Shown one piece after another: positions 44,859 to 59,359 of a stretch of DNA of 64,000 nt. A model generated the notes under the pieces. The model was not told the origin of the DNA. It was given only the letters and a program-made list of their open reading frames with translations, and ran no database searches. Position 1 is the stretch's first letter; the number at the start of each line of letters is the position of its first letter. A program made the translations under genes and the position numbers. Source of the stretch: the human T2T-CHM13v2.0 reference genome, Homo sapiens; the NCBI RefSeq assembly GCF_009914755.1, contig NC_060929.1, one strand, 5' to 3'.

Positions 44859-46494
44859 CAGTGATATCCTCTGATAGAAAAGTCTCCTTTTACTCTCAGT
44901 CTCCTAAGCCTCCCCTCCATTCTAAAACTGTAATAAGAACCTTTGTAGGGGAGGTATTATCAACACTTTATAGCAAGGTAATTAAGGCCCCAAAAGAAAA
45001 ATGATTAAGCCAAGTTCGTGTAATTTAGTAAAGAGTCTGGATTGAATTTAGAATTGTCTAATTCTAGAACATAAGCTCTTGTCACTACACTATGCTGTCA
45101 ACCAAGACCACACTAGGCAACATTCTGCCAATGTAGTTTATCCTGGATGTCTGCAGCCTCCCTTTTCTTGGTTGTCTTCACTTGGCTCCTTTTGAATGCT
45201 AAGGCCTTCCAGCATTTTCTTCTCCACCCACCCCCTCAGTAAAGAATTTGTCCTAAGTCTTTTGCACCTGAAAAAGGCTTCCATTTACTATCACTTTGTT
45301 TCTTTATGAACTACCAGTTGTGTCCAAACATTGTGTATGGTGCTGATGGCACCAAGAATAAGCTGCTGCCTCATTCTCCTCCTGTGGTAGAGACAAGTCT
45401 TGGATTGTCCCTCAAGTCTCAAACCCCAAGAGGTAGCATTTTCTTCCTTTTCATAATGAGAAGCCAGAGCCAGGAATATTTTTTCCCCTTTGTCATTGTG
45501 TCTTTCTACCTGTGGGAAACCACTTGAAACTTCTGGGTAGAGCATCAGGAAATGACCTCACAGATGAACTGCAACTACGGACTAAAAACAATGGCACTCG
45601 AAAACAATTCAGGATTAGACCTGAAGATACTGAGTAAGTTCGGTGGAAAACTGCAGTGGAGGAAGTTAAGTGGGTGGATTGAAACCAATGCAGCTGGCCT
45701 CTGGGAGAGTCCTGGAGACAAAGAAAATCAACTGCACATGACACAAGTTAGAAAGAAGTCCTTCAGAAATGCCTCTTTGGGGAAAGTCACATGTGCAGGG
45801 CCCTCCCTGGAGATTCTAAAATTGACTTGGTTCAGGATGTGGAGCCTGCTCGCCCTCTGCCTCCCACACTCACAGAGCAGTGAAGCATTCTTGTTTTCCT
45901 AAGAGGTTCTGCTCCTCAATATGCCTTCTTTCTCCCCTTCCCCTCCTCCTCCCCATCCCTGTCCCACTGCCAATCCTTCATCCCTACTCCTTAAGCCTCC
46001 CTCCTTCTGTATCACAGATCCAGGGTAGCAGAACTGCTATGCAACTAGAAAGCTCTTTTTCCCTCACCTCCTACATTCAGCTAATCAGTAAGCTCATTGT
46101 GCCACCTAAATAGTTATTGCTATTGCCCATTCCATTTCACTGCCTTAGTTTGGGTCCTCATCTCTTGCCTAGACTATTGCTCCAGCCTCCTCACTGGCCT
46201 CCTAGAGCCCACACTCAATCATTTCGCCTCACCCCGCCCAATCCCTCCCAACCCCATCCATACTTCCAGTCTTGGCTTCATAATGACCTCTTGCAAACCC
46301 AAATCCCTTCAGCCACTTCTCTTCCCCAAACCATTAATGGATCCCATTATTGAGTGATCACAAAAAGCCAGAAACTATAATAAGTGATTTACAAACATAT
46401 GACTGTCCTCAAAACTGTTCAGAGTAGGTATTGGTATGCTCATTTTACCAAACGGGAAAACTCTGGGAGTGAAAGATTAGGTATTTTTCTTAGT

Positions 46495-48540
46495 CTTTTT
46501 TTAATTTTAATTTTTTCATTTCAGTAGCTTTAGGGGTACAAGTGGTTTTTGGTTACATGGATGAATTGTATAGTGGTGAAGTCTGAGATTTTAATGTACC
46601 CATCACCAGAGTAGCCTCCATTGTATCCAATAGATAATTTTTCTTCCCTTAACCACCCTCACCCTCCCTCTCTCCTTTGAGTCTCCCATTTCCATTATAC
46701 CACTCTGTATGCCTTTTCATACCCATAGTTTATCTCCCACTTAGTGAGAACATGCAATATTGGTTTTCCATTCCTGAGTTATTTCACTTAGGATTATAGC
46801 CTCCAGTTCCATCCAAGTTGTTGCACAAGACATTATTTTATTCTTTTTTATGGCTGAGTAGTATTCCATGGTATATATATGTATGTATGTATATCTATAT
46901 ATCTATATATAGATATATACACACCCACACACACACACACCACATTTTCTTTATCCATTCAACAGTTGATTCCGTATCTTTGCAATTGTGAATTGTGTTG
47001 TGATAAACATATGCACGCAGTTGTCTTTTTGTTATAATGACTTCTTGTCCTTTGGGTAGATGCCCAGTAGTGGGATCAAATGGTAGATCTATTTTTAGTT
47101 CTTTGAGAGAGCTCCATACTGTTTTCCATAGAGGTTAAACTAATTTAAATTTCCACCAGCAGTGTTTAAGCGCTCCCTTTTCACCACATCCATGCCAACA
47201 TCGACTGTTTTTTTACTGTTTAATAACAGTCATTCTGACTTGGATAAGGGTGGTATCTTATTGTGGTTTTAACTTGCATTTCCCTGATAATTAGTGATAT
47301 TGAGCATTTTTTATATGTTTGTTGGCTGCTTATATATCTTGTGTATCTTCTTTAGCCCACTTTTTAATGGGATTGTTTGCTTTTTTCTTACTGATTTGAG
47401 TTCCTTGTAGATTCTGGATATCAGTCCTTTGTCAAATGCATAGTTTGCAAATATTTTCTTCTATTCTTAGGTTTCTGTTTACTCTGATGATTATTTCTTC
47501 TGCTGTGCAGAAGCTTTTTATTTTACTTAGGTTTCATTTATTTATTTTTGTCTTTGTTGCATTTGCTTTTGTGGTCTTAGTCATAAATTCTTTGCCTAGG
47601 CCCATGTCCAGAAGAGTTTTTCTAGGTTTTCTTCTAGATTTTTTATGGTTTCGGGTCTTAGATTTAAGTCTTTAATCCATCTTGAGTTAACTTTGGTATA
47701 TGGTGAGAGGTAAGGATTCAGTTTCATTCTTCTGCATGTGGCTATTCAGTTTTCCCAACACCATTTATTAAATAGGATGTCCTTTCCTCAGTTTAGGTTT
47801 TTGGGTGCTTTGTCAAAAATCATTTGTTTAAAAGTGTTTGGCTTTATTTCTGGGTTCTCTATTCTATTCCATTGGTCTATGTGCCTACTTTTATACCAGT
47901 ACCATGCTATTGTGGTTACTATAGCCTTATAATATAATCTGAAGTCAGGTAATGTGATGCCTCCAGATTTTTTCTTTTTGTTTAGAATTGCTTTGACTAT
48001 TTGGGCTCTTTTTTGGTTCTATATGAATTTTAGGATTGCTTCTGTGAAAAATGATGTTAGTATTTTGATAGAAATTGTATTGAATCTGTAGATTACTTTG
48101 AGCGGTATGGTCATTTCACGATATTGTTTCTTCCAATCTATGAACATGGGACGTATTTCCATTTGTTTGTGTCATTTATTATTTCTTTCAACAGTGTTTT
48201 GTAGTTCTCCTTGTAGAGATCTTTCACCTCCTTGGTTAAGTATATTTTTGTAAATATTTTTAAATTATTTTTTTAATAGCTATTGTAAAAGGGATTGAGT
48301 TCTTTATTTGATTCTCAGCTTGTTTGTTGTTGGTGTATAGCGATGCTGCTGATTTGTGTACATCGATTTTGTGACCTGAGACTACTGAATTCATTGATAC
48401 ATCTAGGAGTCTTTTGGAGGAGTCTTTAGGGTTTTCTAGGTATAAGATCATCAGCAAACAGAGATGGTTTGACTTCTTCTTTTCTAATTTGGATGCCCTT
48501 TATTTCTTTCTCTTGCCTGACTGTGCTGGCTAGGAATTCC
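46495..48540 (-). mobile_element. 5'-truncated older primate L1 (L1PB-like) inserted into a MIR
   Basis: Antisense L1 3' UTR and degenerate ORF2 (ORF 48260..48457, [15 protein letters not shown]); candidate TSD aaagattaggtattt / aaagattaagtaattt. Confidence 0.9.
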
Positions 48541-49515
48541 CAAAAAGATTAAGTAATTTGCACAACGTCTCTAGGGTAGAAACAGGGTCCAGACTTGAGG
48601 GCAGACCTGTGCTCCCTTCCCTAAGTGAGATTTTAGTATGATATTCTAGACTCTCCATGATCTGGCTACAGTTCACTTCCTGGTCTCCCAGGTCTGCTGA
48701 CACACACACGTGCATACACATAAAAGTACAGTGTGTGTGTACATTCCTATATGCACACCATGTACTAGGCCACCTCTTTGCTTTTTGTCCTTGTACCCAG
48801 CACAATGCCTGCATTATTCTGGGCAATGAACAAATGTTTTTTGAATAAATAATTGCTGTTCCTTCTGGAATTTATTTTTGTTGCATTCACCTGTTGCCCT
48901 CATATCCATACCCCAAGGCCCTGTAAGCATATTATTTTTCAAGGAAGCTCTTGCCACTGCTCCTCCACAGAATTATTTCTCTCATATATATCTCTCTTGT
49001 ATTCACAGCACATTGTTTATACTTGTGTTGTAACATATATATTAGAACATATAACACCCTCTTTACACTATAAATACCACATATATATCTTACCAACATG
49101 CGTAAGATTGAAAAACTTTTAAGAGCAAGCTTGATGTTTTGTTCACTTATGTGCTCTTGAGTTTCCAAACCCCTCTTCTGATTACCTAGAACAAAAAAGA
49201 CAAGAGAGAGAGAGAAAAAGGTGGGGGTCACTTAAGTCAGTGTAAGGAATGTAATTCCTTCCTCCACTGTCCTGCATCCTATGCCAGGATGATAATGACA
49301 AGTCCAAGCGTCTTTCCTGGGCTCCTCATCTGGGAAGATGAGCTGTCACGAGCCTTGGGGAATTCTGAGGTCTATAAAGCTGACTGTCCTTTTAACCCCA
49401 TATTTGAAATAGTCTGAATAAAGTAGTTTCTGGGAGCTTGAACTATTATAAGTCCAGATCTTCTCCCAGGGTGCTCCTTCATCACTGTCTTTCATAGGAG
49501 TCACAACCCAACTTT

Positions 49516-49645
49516 ATGGTTCTCAGGGCTGCCATGAGAAATGGTTTACTTAGCACTAATATATATATTTTTTCCTTTGGATGGTTCTCAGGGCTGCCAT
49601 GAGAAATGGTTTACTTAGCACTAATATATATATTTTTTCCTTTGG
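49516..49645 (+). repeat. Perfect 65-bp tandem duplication
   Basis: 49516-49580 is identical to 49581-49645 by direct comparison. Confidence 0.95.
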
Positions 49646-50618
49646 ACACCCTCCCAGTTCAAATTTATATTTAAGATTCTTAGCTAATCTTCCTTCTTGA
49701 GGTAATTTACAGAGATAAATTAACCCTATGTTTATAGTCTTATGATGATATCTCCCAAGATAAATATTTCTTTTATTTTACAATTTTCACTCAACAAATT
49801 CATACTCATAAGTGATGTTGTCAGAGCACTCCAGAACTCACTGAGCATTCCCAAAGAGTTGTGGGTAGAAAAGAGAGGAGGCACCATTAGATGAACACCT
49901 ATCCCCTCCAATTGCTCTGTCCCATATTATCATTATCTGCCCCCATAGTGCCTTTTATAGGGCCTACTGAGTGTCTGAAATGTGTTTGTTAAATTTTTGA
50001 AAATGTACCCACTGGGTAAATATAACCCCTTAAACTTTCTCTTAAATTACCAGTTAAGGCCTTAGCAGGGTTTCACAGGCAGGTGGCTGAAAGCAAGAAA
50101 GGACCAGAAGGCCTCCCACCTCTCTCTCTATTTTGCCAGAGCCCCCTGGGTAAAGAACTGTCATGAGCCACCCAGAGATACAGTGTTGTACAGGAGAAAC
50201 CATGGCAGCCTTAGACCCAGGTACCTCTTCCCCAGCCCATGGTGGGATGTAGGACCAATCAATACTGAGCTTGTTTCCCACCAAAAAATGAGAATTAACC
50301 TCTGACTCACAAGGTTATTGGGAAAATCAAAAATAAAAAGTGAATATAAAGTGCTTGGCTACCACTTTTGTTATTGTTGTTATTTTAAAACTTTTTAGCA
50401 GTCAAAATGTCTTAGCAATCAGTTGCTGGATTGCTCTTCAATCCCTATCCTGTTATTTTTTGGACTTTTTATAAAAGAAAATTTCAAACGTATTTGAAAG
50501 TTGAAAGAATAGTATAATGAACCCTCATGTACACATCACCTAGTCTCAGCAATTATCCACTAATGGGCCAATCTTATTTCAGATATATCTCCTTTCATTC
50601 ACCTGCTCCCCTCTTCGG

Positions 50619-50875
<257 letters not shown>

Positions 50876-51003
50876 TTGGATTATTTTAAAGCAAAGTCCA
50901 GACATCATATCATTTCGTCCAGAAAAATGTCAGCAAGTGTCTCTTTAAAAATATTTTTAACATAACCATGATTCCATTATCACACACTAAAAAATGAACA
51001 ACA

Positions 51004-51284
51004 GGCCAGGCACGGTGGCTCATGCCTGTAATCCCAGCACTTTGGGTGGCTGAGGCAGGCAGATACTTGAGGTCAGGAGTTCAAGACCAGCCTGGCCAAC
51101 ATGGAGAAACCCCGTCTCTACTAAAAATACAAAAATTAGCCAGGTGTGGTGGCGCATGCCTGTAGTCCCAGCTACTTGGGAAGCTGAGGCAGGAGAATGG
51201 CTTGAACCAGGAGGCAGAGGTTGCAGTGAGCCGAGATCTTGCCGGTGCACTGCAGCCTGAGTGACACAGAGCAAGGCTCCATCT

Positions 51285-51326
<42 letters not shown>
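51004..51326 (+). mobile_element. Alu (AluS-like) with tail replaced by (AC)20 at 51287-51326
   Basis: Alu dimer directly followed by AC repeat. Confidence 0.95.
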
Positions 51327-51329
<3 letters not shown>

Positions 51330-51601
51330 TCCTTAAAAACATTAAATATTCAGTGTTCAAATTTTTATATTTGCCTTATGAATGTTCTTAGTGTTTGTTC
51401 AAATGGGAACAAAATGAATTAAACACATTGCATTGAGTTAATATGGCTCTTAAATTTCTTTATTCTACACATCCCTCCTTCTCCCTTAACCATCTATACA
51501 TTAAAAAAACAAAGTCACTTGCCCTTTTGAATTTTCCAAATTCTGGATATTACTGGTTGCATTTTTGCAGTGATAATACATTCCTCTCTAGCCCATACAT
51601 T

Positions 51602-51912
51602 CTTTTTTTCTTTTTTCTTTTTTCTTTTTTTAAACAGAGTCTCACTCTGCCACCCAGGCTGGAGTGTAGTGGCATGATCTTGGCTCACTGCGACCTCCGC
51701 CTCCCAGGTTCAAGTGGTCCTCCCACCTCAGCCATCCAAGAAGGTGGGATTAAAGGCATGCACCACCACACCTGCCTAATTTTTGTATTGTTAGTAGAAA
51801 CAGGGTTTCACCATGTTGGCCAGGCTGTTCTCAAACTCCTGGACTCAAGTAATCCACCCGCCTCGGCCTCCCAAAGTACTGGGATTACAGGTGTGAGCCA
51901 CTGAGGCTGGCC
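51602..51912 (-). mobile_element. Alu (AluJ-like)
   Basis: T-rich tail and reverse-complement Alu; TSD cccatacattct / cccatactttct. Confidence 0.95.
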
Positions 51913-52019
51913 TCCCCCATACTTTCTGTAAGCTGATAGAACTAGAGGCTTGAAAGCTTCGGGCTCAATTTTTTGTCAAGAATACTTCATAGGCAGTACT
52001 AAGTACTTGTTTTTTAGTT

Positions 52020-53255
52020 TGGTTTGAGTTTTTTTAAGTGTACAATTCAATGGCTTTTAATATATTCACACAGTTGAGCATTCATCACCATAGTCAATTT
52101 TAAACATTTCCTTTACTCCAAAAAGAAATCCCACACCTCTTAGCCATCACCTCCCAAACTACCATTTCCTTTAACCCCAGCCCTAGGAAACCATTAAGTT
52201 ACTTTCTGTCTTTATAGATTTGCCTATTCTGGATGTTTTCTATAAGTGGAAGCACACAGTATTCGAATATTTGGATCTTTGTGGCTGGTTTCTTTCGCTG
52301 AATATGTTTTTAGGTTTACTCATGTTGCGGTATGTATTAGTACTCATTCCTTTTTATGGCAAATAACATTCTATTGTATGAATATACCACATTTTGTTTA
52401 TCCACTCATCAATGAATGAGCGTTTGGGTTGTTTTTACTTTTTGGCTATTTTGAATAATGCTGCTATGGAACATTTGTAGACATATGCTTTCATCTGATT
52501 ATATACCTAGAAGTGGAACTGTTAGATCATATAGTAACTCTGTGTTTAAGGAACTGCCAATGATTTTCAAAAGTGATTGCACCATTGTACATTCCCAGGC
52601 TTGGTGTATGCAGGTTCCAATTTCCCCACATCTTCGCCAACACTTGTTTTATTATCAATCTTTTTTATTGCAGCCATCCAATTGGGTGTGAATGTTATCC
52701 TATTGTGGTTTTGATTTGCATTTCCCTCATGGCTAATAAGAGCATCTGTTCATGCGTTTATAGTGCATGTGTTCTTTGGAGAACTGTTTTTTTATATCCT
52801 TTGCCCATTTTATCATCGGGTTTTCTTATTATTATTGAGTTGTAAGAGTTCTTTACATATTCTAGATTCAAGTCCCGTATCAGTTATATGACTTGCAATT
52901 TTTTCTTTCATTCTGCGTGTTGCCTTTTCACTTTCTAGGTGTGTCCTTTGAAGCACAAAAGCTTTTCATCACATCTACTCTTTCCTTTGTTGCTTGTGCT
53001 TTTGTTGTCATATCTAAAAACCAGTGTCTAATTCAAATTCATAAGTATTTATCACTGCATTTTTTTCTAAGAGCTTACAGTTTTTACTCTAATGTTTAGA
53101 TTTTATGATCCAGCTGGAGTTAATTTCTATGTATGTTGTGAGATAGGGATCCAGATGCATTCTTCTACCTGTAGATATGAAGTTGTTCCAGCATCATTTA
53201 CTGAAAAAGACTATTTTTTCCCATTTTGTTATATTTACACTCATGTTAAAAATTA
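52020..53255 (-). mobile_element. Old L1M (L1MB-like) 3' fragment
   Basis: aagtgtacaattcaatggcttttaatatattcaca...ttgtggttttgatttgcatttccct...ttccagcatcattt. Confidence 0.85.
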
Positions 53256-56200
53256 AGTACTTTTTATAGCAACACATCAGGAAGCACATAATGCCTAACT
53301 GCCTCCCTTTTTGTATTAAAATTGATTCTATTCAAGTGTCAGCCTGCTCCATCCATTAAATGGGTCCCCATTAGCCTTTTACCGGGTGGTTTGAACATTA
53401 TTTCATTAGGGGTTGCAAAATGATGGTGTTCCAAATCTGTCACTCCTGAATTTTTTTATGCCACAATTCTTCCATAATATTGAGCTATTTGTAAGACACA
53501 GCACTGTGAGCTTTATCTCACTATTGATCTCCACACCTACACATCATAATCCCTCAGCATATATTGGGGAGTCCAAAGTTCATATTCTTAACCTCTCTCT
53601 CTGTCTCTCTCATTTGTTCCTGGGCATTCCCCTAGCTCAAAGACAAGATTCATTTCTCACCACCTTCCCGCATGGCATGTTTGCCATCACTGAACAGCCA
53701 CCCCTTTTTCCACTGGCCACTGCCAGCTGGGCTAATCTTACTGCCTGCCTGTGCAGTCGCCTTGTTTACATCCTTGCCACTGCCGTAGGCTGGCCCCCAG
53801 TCCAGGCCTCCTTGGCCCACATGTTCCCTCCCTTGCCTTCCTGAGGTCTGGTTTCCACACTTGAGCCAAGATCAGGAGAAAGAGGCCCAAGTTTGTTCAG
53901 CTTGGAGAAGAAAAGATTGATGTGGGGTTGAATGATGACTTTGTTTTTCCAAACTTGCATTTCTATACCAGTTTTATTTTCCTGTGTTCTGAAGAGAAAA
54001 GGAACATAAATCAAAACATGAAGGATTTAAGGAAGTACAATGAGAAATCTCTCCTACCGCATAGACTGCTGGAAACTAAATACTGCCAATGCTGAAGTGG
54101 AATCTATGGATTCTGTTGTTGTTATTGTGTTTGGTTTGGTTTGTATTTATTCTACAGAGGAAGGTAGCTTAGTACAAACAAAAAGGTTTTGAGTCAGGCA
54201 AAGCTTCTTGTCATGGCTTTGCCATCTGGTAACTAAATGACATTGAAATTAAGTATCTAACCCCAATGAGCCTCAGTGTACTCATCTGCAAACTGGGATA
54301 ACTCCTTCCATGCAGGGTCTTGGCAATGGTAGCAATAACTCAAGCTGCAGCCATTGCTATTATCTTCCCCCTCTTTCCTCCAAGGGGAGCTTTTAGAATC
54401 TGTCATTTGTGTGACTGGGGAGAACCCTGAATTAACACAGGGAATGGGCCAAACGTTTTAAAATCTAAATGATCATTCCAATCTGAATGTTTTAAGGTAT
54501 AGTTTTTCACAACTACTAACAGATATGGAGGAGGGGGTGATCTTGCCTCTTATATGTAAAACACTGGCAGGAAAAGGTACTTCCTTAACAGACTCAAGGT
54601 CTTCCCCCAAAAATTAAATAAACACATGAATTATAATTTAAAATATAACTAATAGTCCCTACAATATATAACATCTTTGAGCCACATAGTCCCAGGTGGC
54701 AGTAACCGATATTTGCACAAGAAAGGTGATAGATACATCACGAGCGAGGCCTCAAAGAATGTGATCCTAGCACTCCCACAGTTAACTGTATAGCCCTGGA
54801 CAAAGGGTTTTGCCTGTCTGGGTCCCAGTTTTCTCATTGGAATGACAAAAGTGGCTTGGCAGAGTATTATGTGCCTTAATTGGCTAACAGAACACTCTGA
54901 AGATAGGTAACACAGGGAAAGAGCTGTTTCTATTATTTAATGAATCATGGTTATTGTTGTGATTCTTCCTGTCTTCTGCGGGAGCACACATTTACACAAG
55001 AGACCTGTTTTCTTTCTGGCTGGTGCAAAGTTTTGTCAGGCCCCGCAGGTATTGGGTAGAGCTATTCTCTGAGGCAAAGAGCTTCTCAGCACAGGCAGTA
55101 TAGTAAGGAAATAAAAATATGGGCTTTGGGGTCAGCTAGATCTAGGACGGAACTCACACTGCTTCTTACCAAACAGTATAACCTTGGGCAAGATACTTTA
55201 CTCCGTCTGAGCCTCAGTTTTTATATCTGTAAAATGGGACTAATGATGGTAATTTTCATAAGATGGCTGCGAGGATAAAACAAGGCAATGCTTATACATG
55301 AGATAATGGCCAGGGTTTAGGAGTGGTAAATGGCTCAATAAATGTTCACTCTGTTGTTATTATTATCATTGGGTCAAGCCAGGAAGCTAAAACCATCTCC
55401 CATCCCCACTGCCCCAGGGCCAGCCTATACAAACAGGCCCTACTGAGAATGAGCTTGATCAGCCACATGCTTCAGAGATGATCTGTTGGAGCCTGCTTTG
55501 AAGTGCAAAGGCTTCCAAAAGCCCCTTTGCTTTCTTGATAAGCAGTGACAATTCCAGAATTAGGGAAGGAGTGTGACTCTTGGGACAATTGCACTTGCTT
55601 AGTTCATACTGTAATTCCGTGTGAACCCATGTGAGAGAAGCCAAAAATGAATGCAGGAAAAAAAAGACTTTGGATAAAAAAGTCAAAGATAGAGACTGAG
55701 GCAGAGCCAGTCATCTGTCCACCATTTCCTATACACACCTCGCAGTTTTTTCTGTGAATGCTGTCCTCACCTGGCAAGCGTCCAAAGCCCATTGTGAATC
55801 CTAGTTGCCAAAGCCCCTCACAGCCTGTCAGTGAACCAGTCAACAGAGTTGTCGAATGCCCACCAGGCACTGAGCTGGGCACAGGTGATACAGTGAACAA
55901 GACAGACATGGTTGCTACAGCCGTGGAACCTCCAAGCTAGCAGGGAAGACAAAAACTAAACAAATTATTAACATACTTGATTACAAGGTATTAAGCGTGC
56001 AAAGTGCTAGTGAGGTTCAATTATGGGAGATGAAGGGAGTATGTAACGGAGGGTCCACCTAGTCTAGAAAGTCAGAGAAGCCTGCCTGGAAGAAGTGATC
56101 TTCAGGTGGAAACCTGGAAGCTGATAGCAGTCAGCCAGGTGAAAAAAGGAAGCGAGCTGAGGTTCTGCACACACCTCTCCTTAGCGCTGCAGCCCAGTTG

Positions 56201-56838
56201 CCTTTCTACTGAGGTCACTCCAGAAAGCGCCAGTACTCCTGGGGCACAGTGACTTCTGCAGTACTTAGATCCTCAGCCCTGCCCAACCTCCCCGAGGTCC
56301 TCGGTCTGGTTTCTGGTGACTAAAGCAGGTTCGATAATTAACATTGCTTACTTCCTTGATTCAGCATTTCTCCAGCAAGAGGTTAAACTTTACATCATCG
56401 TTTTGCCCAATTAATCCTGGCAGGTGAGTCACTGAGACGACCCAACCCTGCCCGGGTGGAAAAGGGAGCGGCCCAGCCTGTACCTCAGACATTTTAACGT
56501 AGACACTATAGCTCTGGGAGCTGGGAGCAGGGGACATTGATATCCAAGGCCAATGGGGCCTGCAACACACACACACAGAGAGAGATAATTCAACAAGAAA
56601 GGAAGACAAGAGAAGCAAAATAAAACAGAAGGGCTGAAAGGGAAAAGCAATGTAACAGGGTGGCATTCTGGGAACAAAGAGGGTAGTATAGACATGTGGG
56701 CACAGACAGACCTTGATGGTGCAGTGGCCTCAGCCAAGTGGCTCAACCTTGCAAGACCTCAGTTTCACCATCTCAAATGGGAAAATTAATAGCGTCTTCC
56801 ACACAGACCTGTTAGGAGATGAATGAGATACTCGCATA

Positions 56839-57045
56839 CAGAAGGCTTTCTCAGCCTCAGCACTATTGGCATTTTGAGCAAGATCATTGTTGTGGCGGCC
56901 GCCCTGGGCATTGTGGGGTTTTTAGCGGCATCCCCGGCCCCTACCCACTGATGCCCATAGCACCCACCACCCACCCACCTGTGGCAACAACAGACATTAC
57001 CAAATGTTCCGCAGGGTCAAAGTTGCCTCCCGCTGAGAACAGCTG
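56839..57045. mobile_element. MER20-like hAT-Charlie element inserted into a MIR
   Basis: ttctcagcctcagcactattggcattttg...cagacattaccaaatgtt...tgagaacagctg. Confidence 0.85.
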
Positions 57046-59013
57046 ATGTGCAGAATGTAGCACAGGGTCTGGCTTGTAGTAAATGCAGAATAAAGGGCAG
57101 TTAAGTCAAGGGCTGTGTGAAAAAGATGCCCTTTCTGAATAGCCCCAGCAGACTACTCTTCTCAAACACATGGGAGAATAGAAGGGCTTTGGGGAAACCT
57201 GACACTTCCCACAGGTAGGATGGGGAGACTTGCCTGTGCCCTGTCCCTGGAAATGCGCCAAAACACGAACGCGCTCCTAGCTGGAGAAGCTGAAAGGACC
57301 TGTGCGTTGAGTGGATTGTTGGAAAAACATATTGTGCAGAGAAACATACATATGTAGTGAAAAGAAAAACAAATTGTGCAGAGAAACATACCCCCACGAC
57401 AATAAACAAAGGCACAATAAATACATAATTCAGGCCCACTTTCCATTCCCACTCAGCTCCAAGAAAAAAAGGAACTCATTTTGTGACAGACCCAGTGCCA
57501 CAGTCTTACATCCTCTGTGAGTATTGTTAATCGTTGTTACTTCTTTCCATTTTAGATGGAGGAACTGAGACTCAGAGAGGCTAAGTATCTAGTTCAGTTA
57601 GCAAGTGCATTTCAGAGTTTTTGTCAGAACCCAGGTCTGGCTGTCTTCCGGGCCCATGCTCTTTCCCTGCCCAAGCAGTGGGAGTAGTGGGGCATCTCAC
57701 ATGCTAACTCAATTGTCCCCAGAGATGATTGAGGAGAGATTCTGGGACAGCAACCAGACTCAGTGGGAAGGAATAAAGGGATCAATTATCCATGTCTGTT
57801 GCGGGCCCAGGAGTAGGAAATGGGTGCATGTGCCGTGTGTTTGCCATCCCCACATAGGCCCATCATCTAAGACTCGGTGATTCCATATCATTCTATTGGT
57901 CACTCCCTGGGGGCCATGCTGGGCTCGGGGTACATCTGGATTTGTTCAGCAAACAAGCTTCTGTGCTATTTGCTTTCTCTGCACATAAGCTGAAAATCAG
58001 GCCTTCTTCCTAAGGAAGAGTTTCTACAGAGGGCACAAAAGGGGCATGTTCTTCCATTGTTTTCATAGAAAAACAAGATATGGGCCCCTATATCACAACC
58101 CTCTGTGAATGCCTCAGGAACTTTATTTTTGATAAATGACAGTGTGTTAAGAAAAGAAAACAAAAGAAAGATAAAGAGAAAACTCCAAGAAAATTGACCA
58201 TTTTCTTTCATCAGAGAAAAAAACCATTTATTGTATCTCAATGCACAAGCTTTGGGATATGTAATATCCATTCTTCTCCCTCTCTTCCCATCCCAAAACA
58301 ATCAAGCCCTGATGGAAAATTGCACAACTAAATGCGAAATAAAAACTGGTTACGTATGCAAAGAATATTGCAAGCACCAGTTTGTCTGTTTCCAAGACAC
58401 TTCAGCTAGGGAAGCCCTGTTTTCTCACGCTGAGTATAGGGCAACTCTGAGGACAAAAAGGGCAGAGTCAGAAATGAGAACAAATCTTTCCTACTCTCTG
58501 GGCTGCTCAAGCTGCCTAACTGAGCCCTTGTGCCTTCCCCCACTGCCTTTGACTTGACCTGAGCCAGTACTGATGAGAGAAATCTTGCTGCTTCCTTGCT
58601 TCTGCTCACAAATATGGTGTGTCTACCATGTGCCCATGTGCCCATGTCCTTTCATTCAGTGAAGATTTACTGAGGCCCTATTCTTTGCTAGGCCTGGAGC
58701 ATATACTCAGGTGACAAACCCTAAACAGATTTGAACCAGACACACTGGAGCACGGAGAGAGTTTACTACTTTAATCATTTGTCTGCATTCGTTTCAAGGA
58801 GGCAGGACACTGATGAGGTCAGAGAACACCTATCCTGTATTTTCAAAATCCAATTGATTCCCTGTGCCCGGGATTAGGCGCTTGCTGGGCCCTCATCTGT
58901 CTACGTCTGTAGAGAAAGCAGTAACCAGGTCACTAGGAGGACTAACCCCTAAACTATTTCTGCTATTGGCATCTGGAAATTATCCACTGTTCATTCATTT
59001 CTTTGAGCTATAA

Positions 59014-59359
59014 CAGAATTAGCAAATTACAGCCTATGGTCCAAATGCACCTGCTGCCTGTTTTCATATGGCCAGCAAGTTAAGAATGGTTTTTACAGAT
59101 GTGATTTTGAATTTATTGGGGGGCAGGGGTGGGGGGTGAAAATCAAAAGAATAAAACTCCATGCTGTGAAAATTATATAAAATTGTATTTTCATTGTCCA
59201 AAAATAAAGTTTTATTGGTACTCAGCCAGGCTCACTCTTTACATACCATCAATGGCTGCTTTCACACTAGAAGGAAACAGTTAGGCAGTAGTGACAGAGA
59301 CCTTGCACAAAGCCTGAAAGATTTACTTTCTAGCCCTTTAGAGAGTTTGCAGATCCCTG
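59014..59359. mobile_element. MER58-like hAT-Charlie element
   Basis: gcaaattacagcctatggtccaaat...aataaagttttattgg...gtttgcagatccctg. Confidence 0.8.

Noticed and set aside
51020-51904. ORFs with [11 protein letters not shown] or [12 protein letters not shown] peptides (also at 9437, 13341, 14057, 27088, 30626, 61829, 63149)
   Set aside because: These are standard antisense-Alu translations.
57330-57391. Direct repeat attgtgcagagaaacatac (similar short repeats near 2209/2249 and 23222)
   Set aside because: Small local duplications with no further structure.
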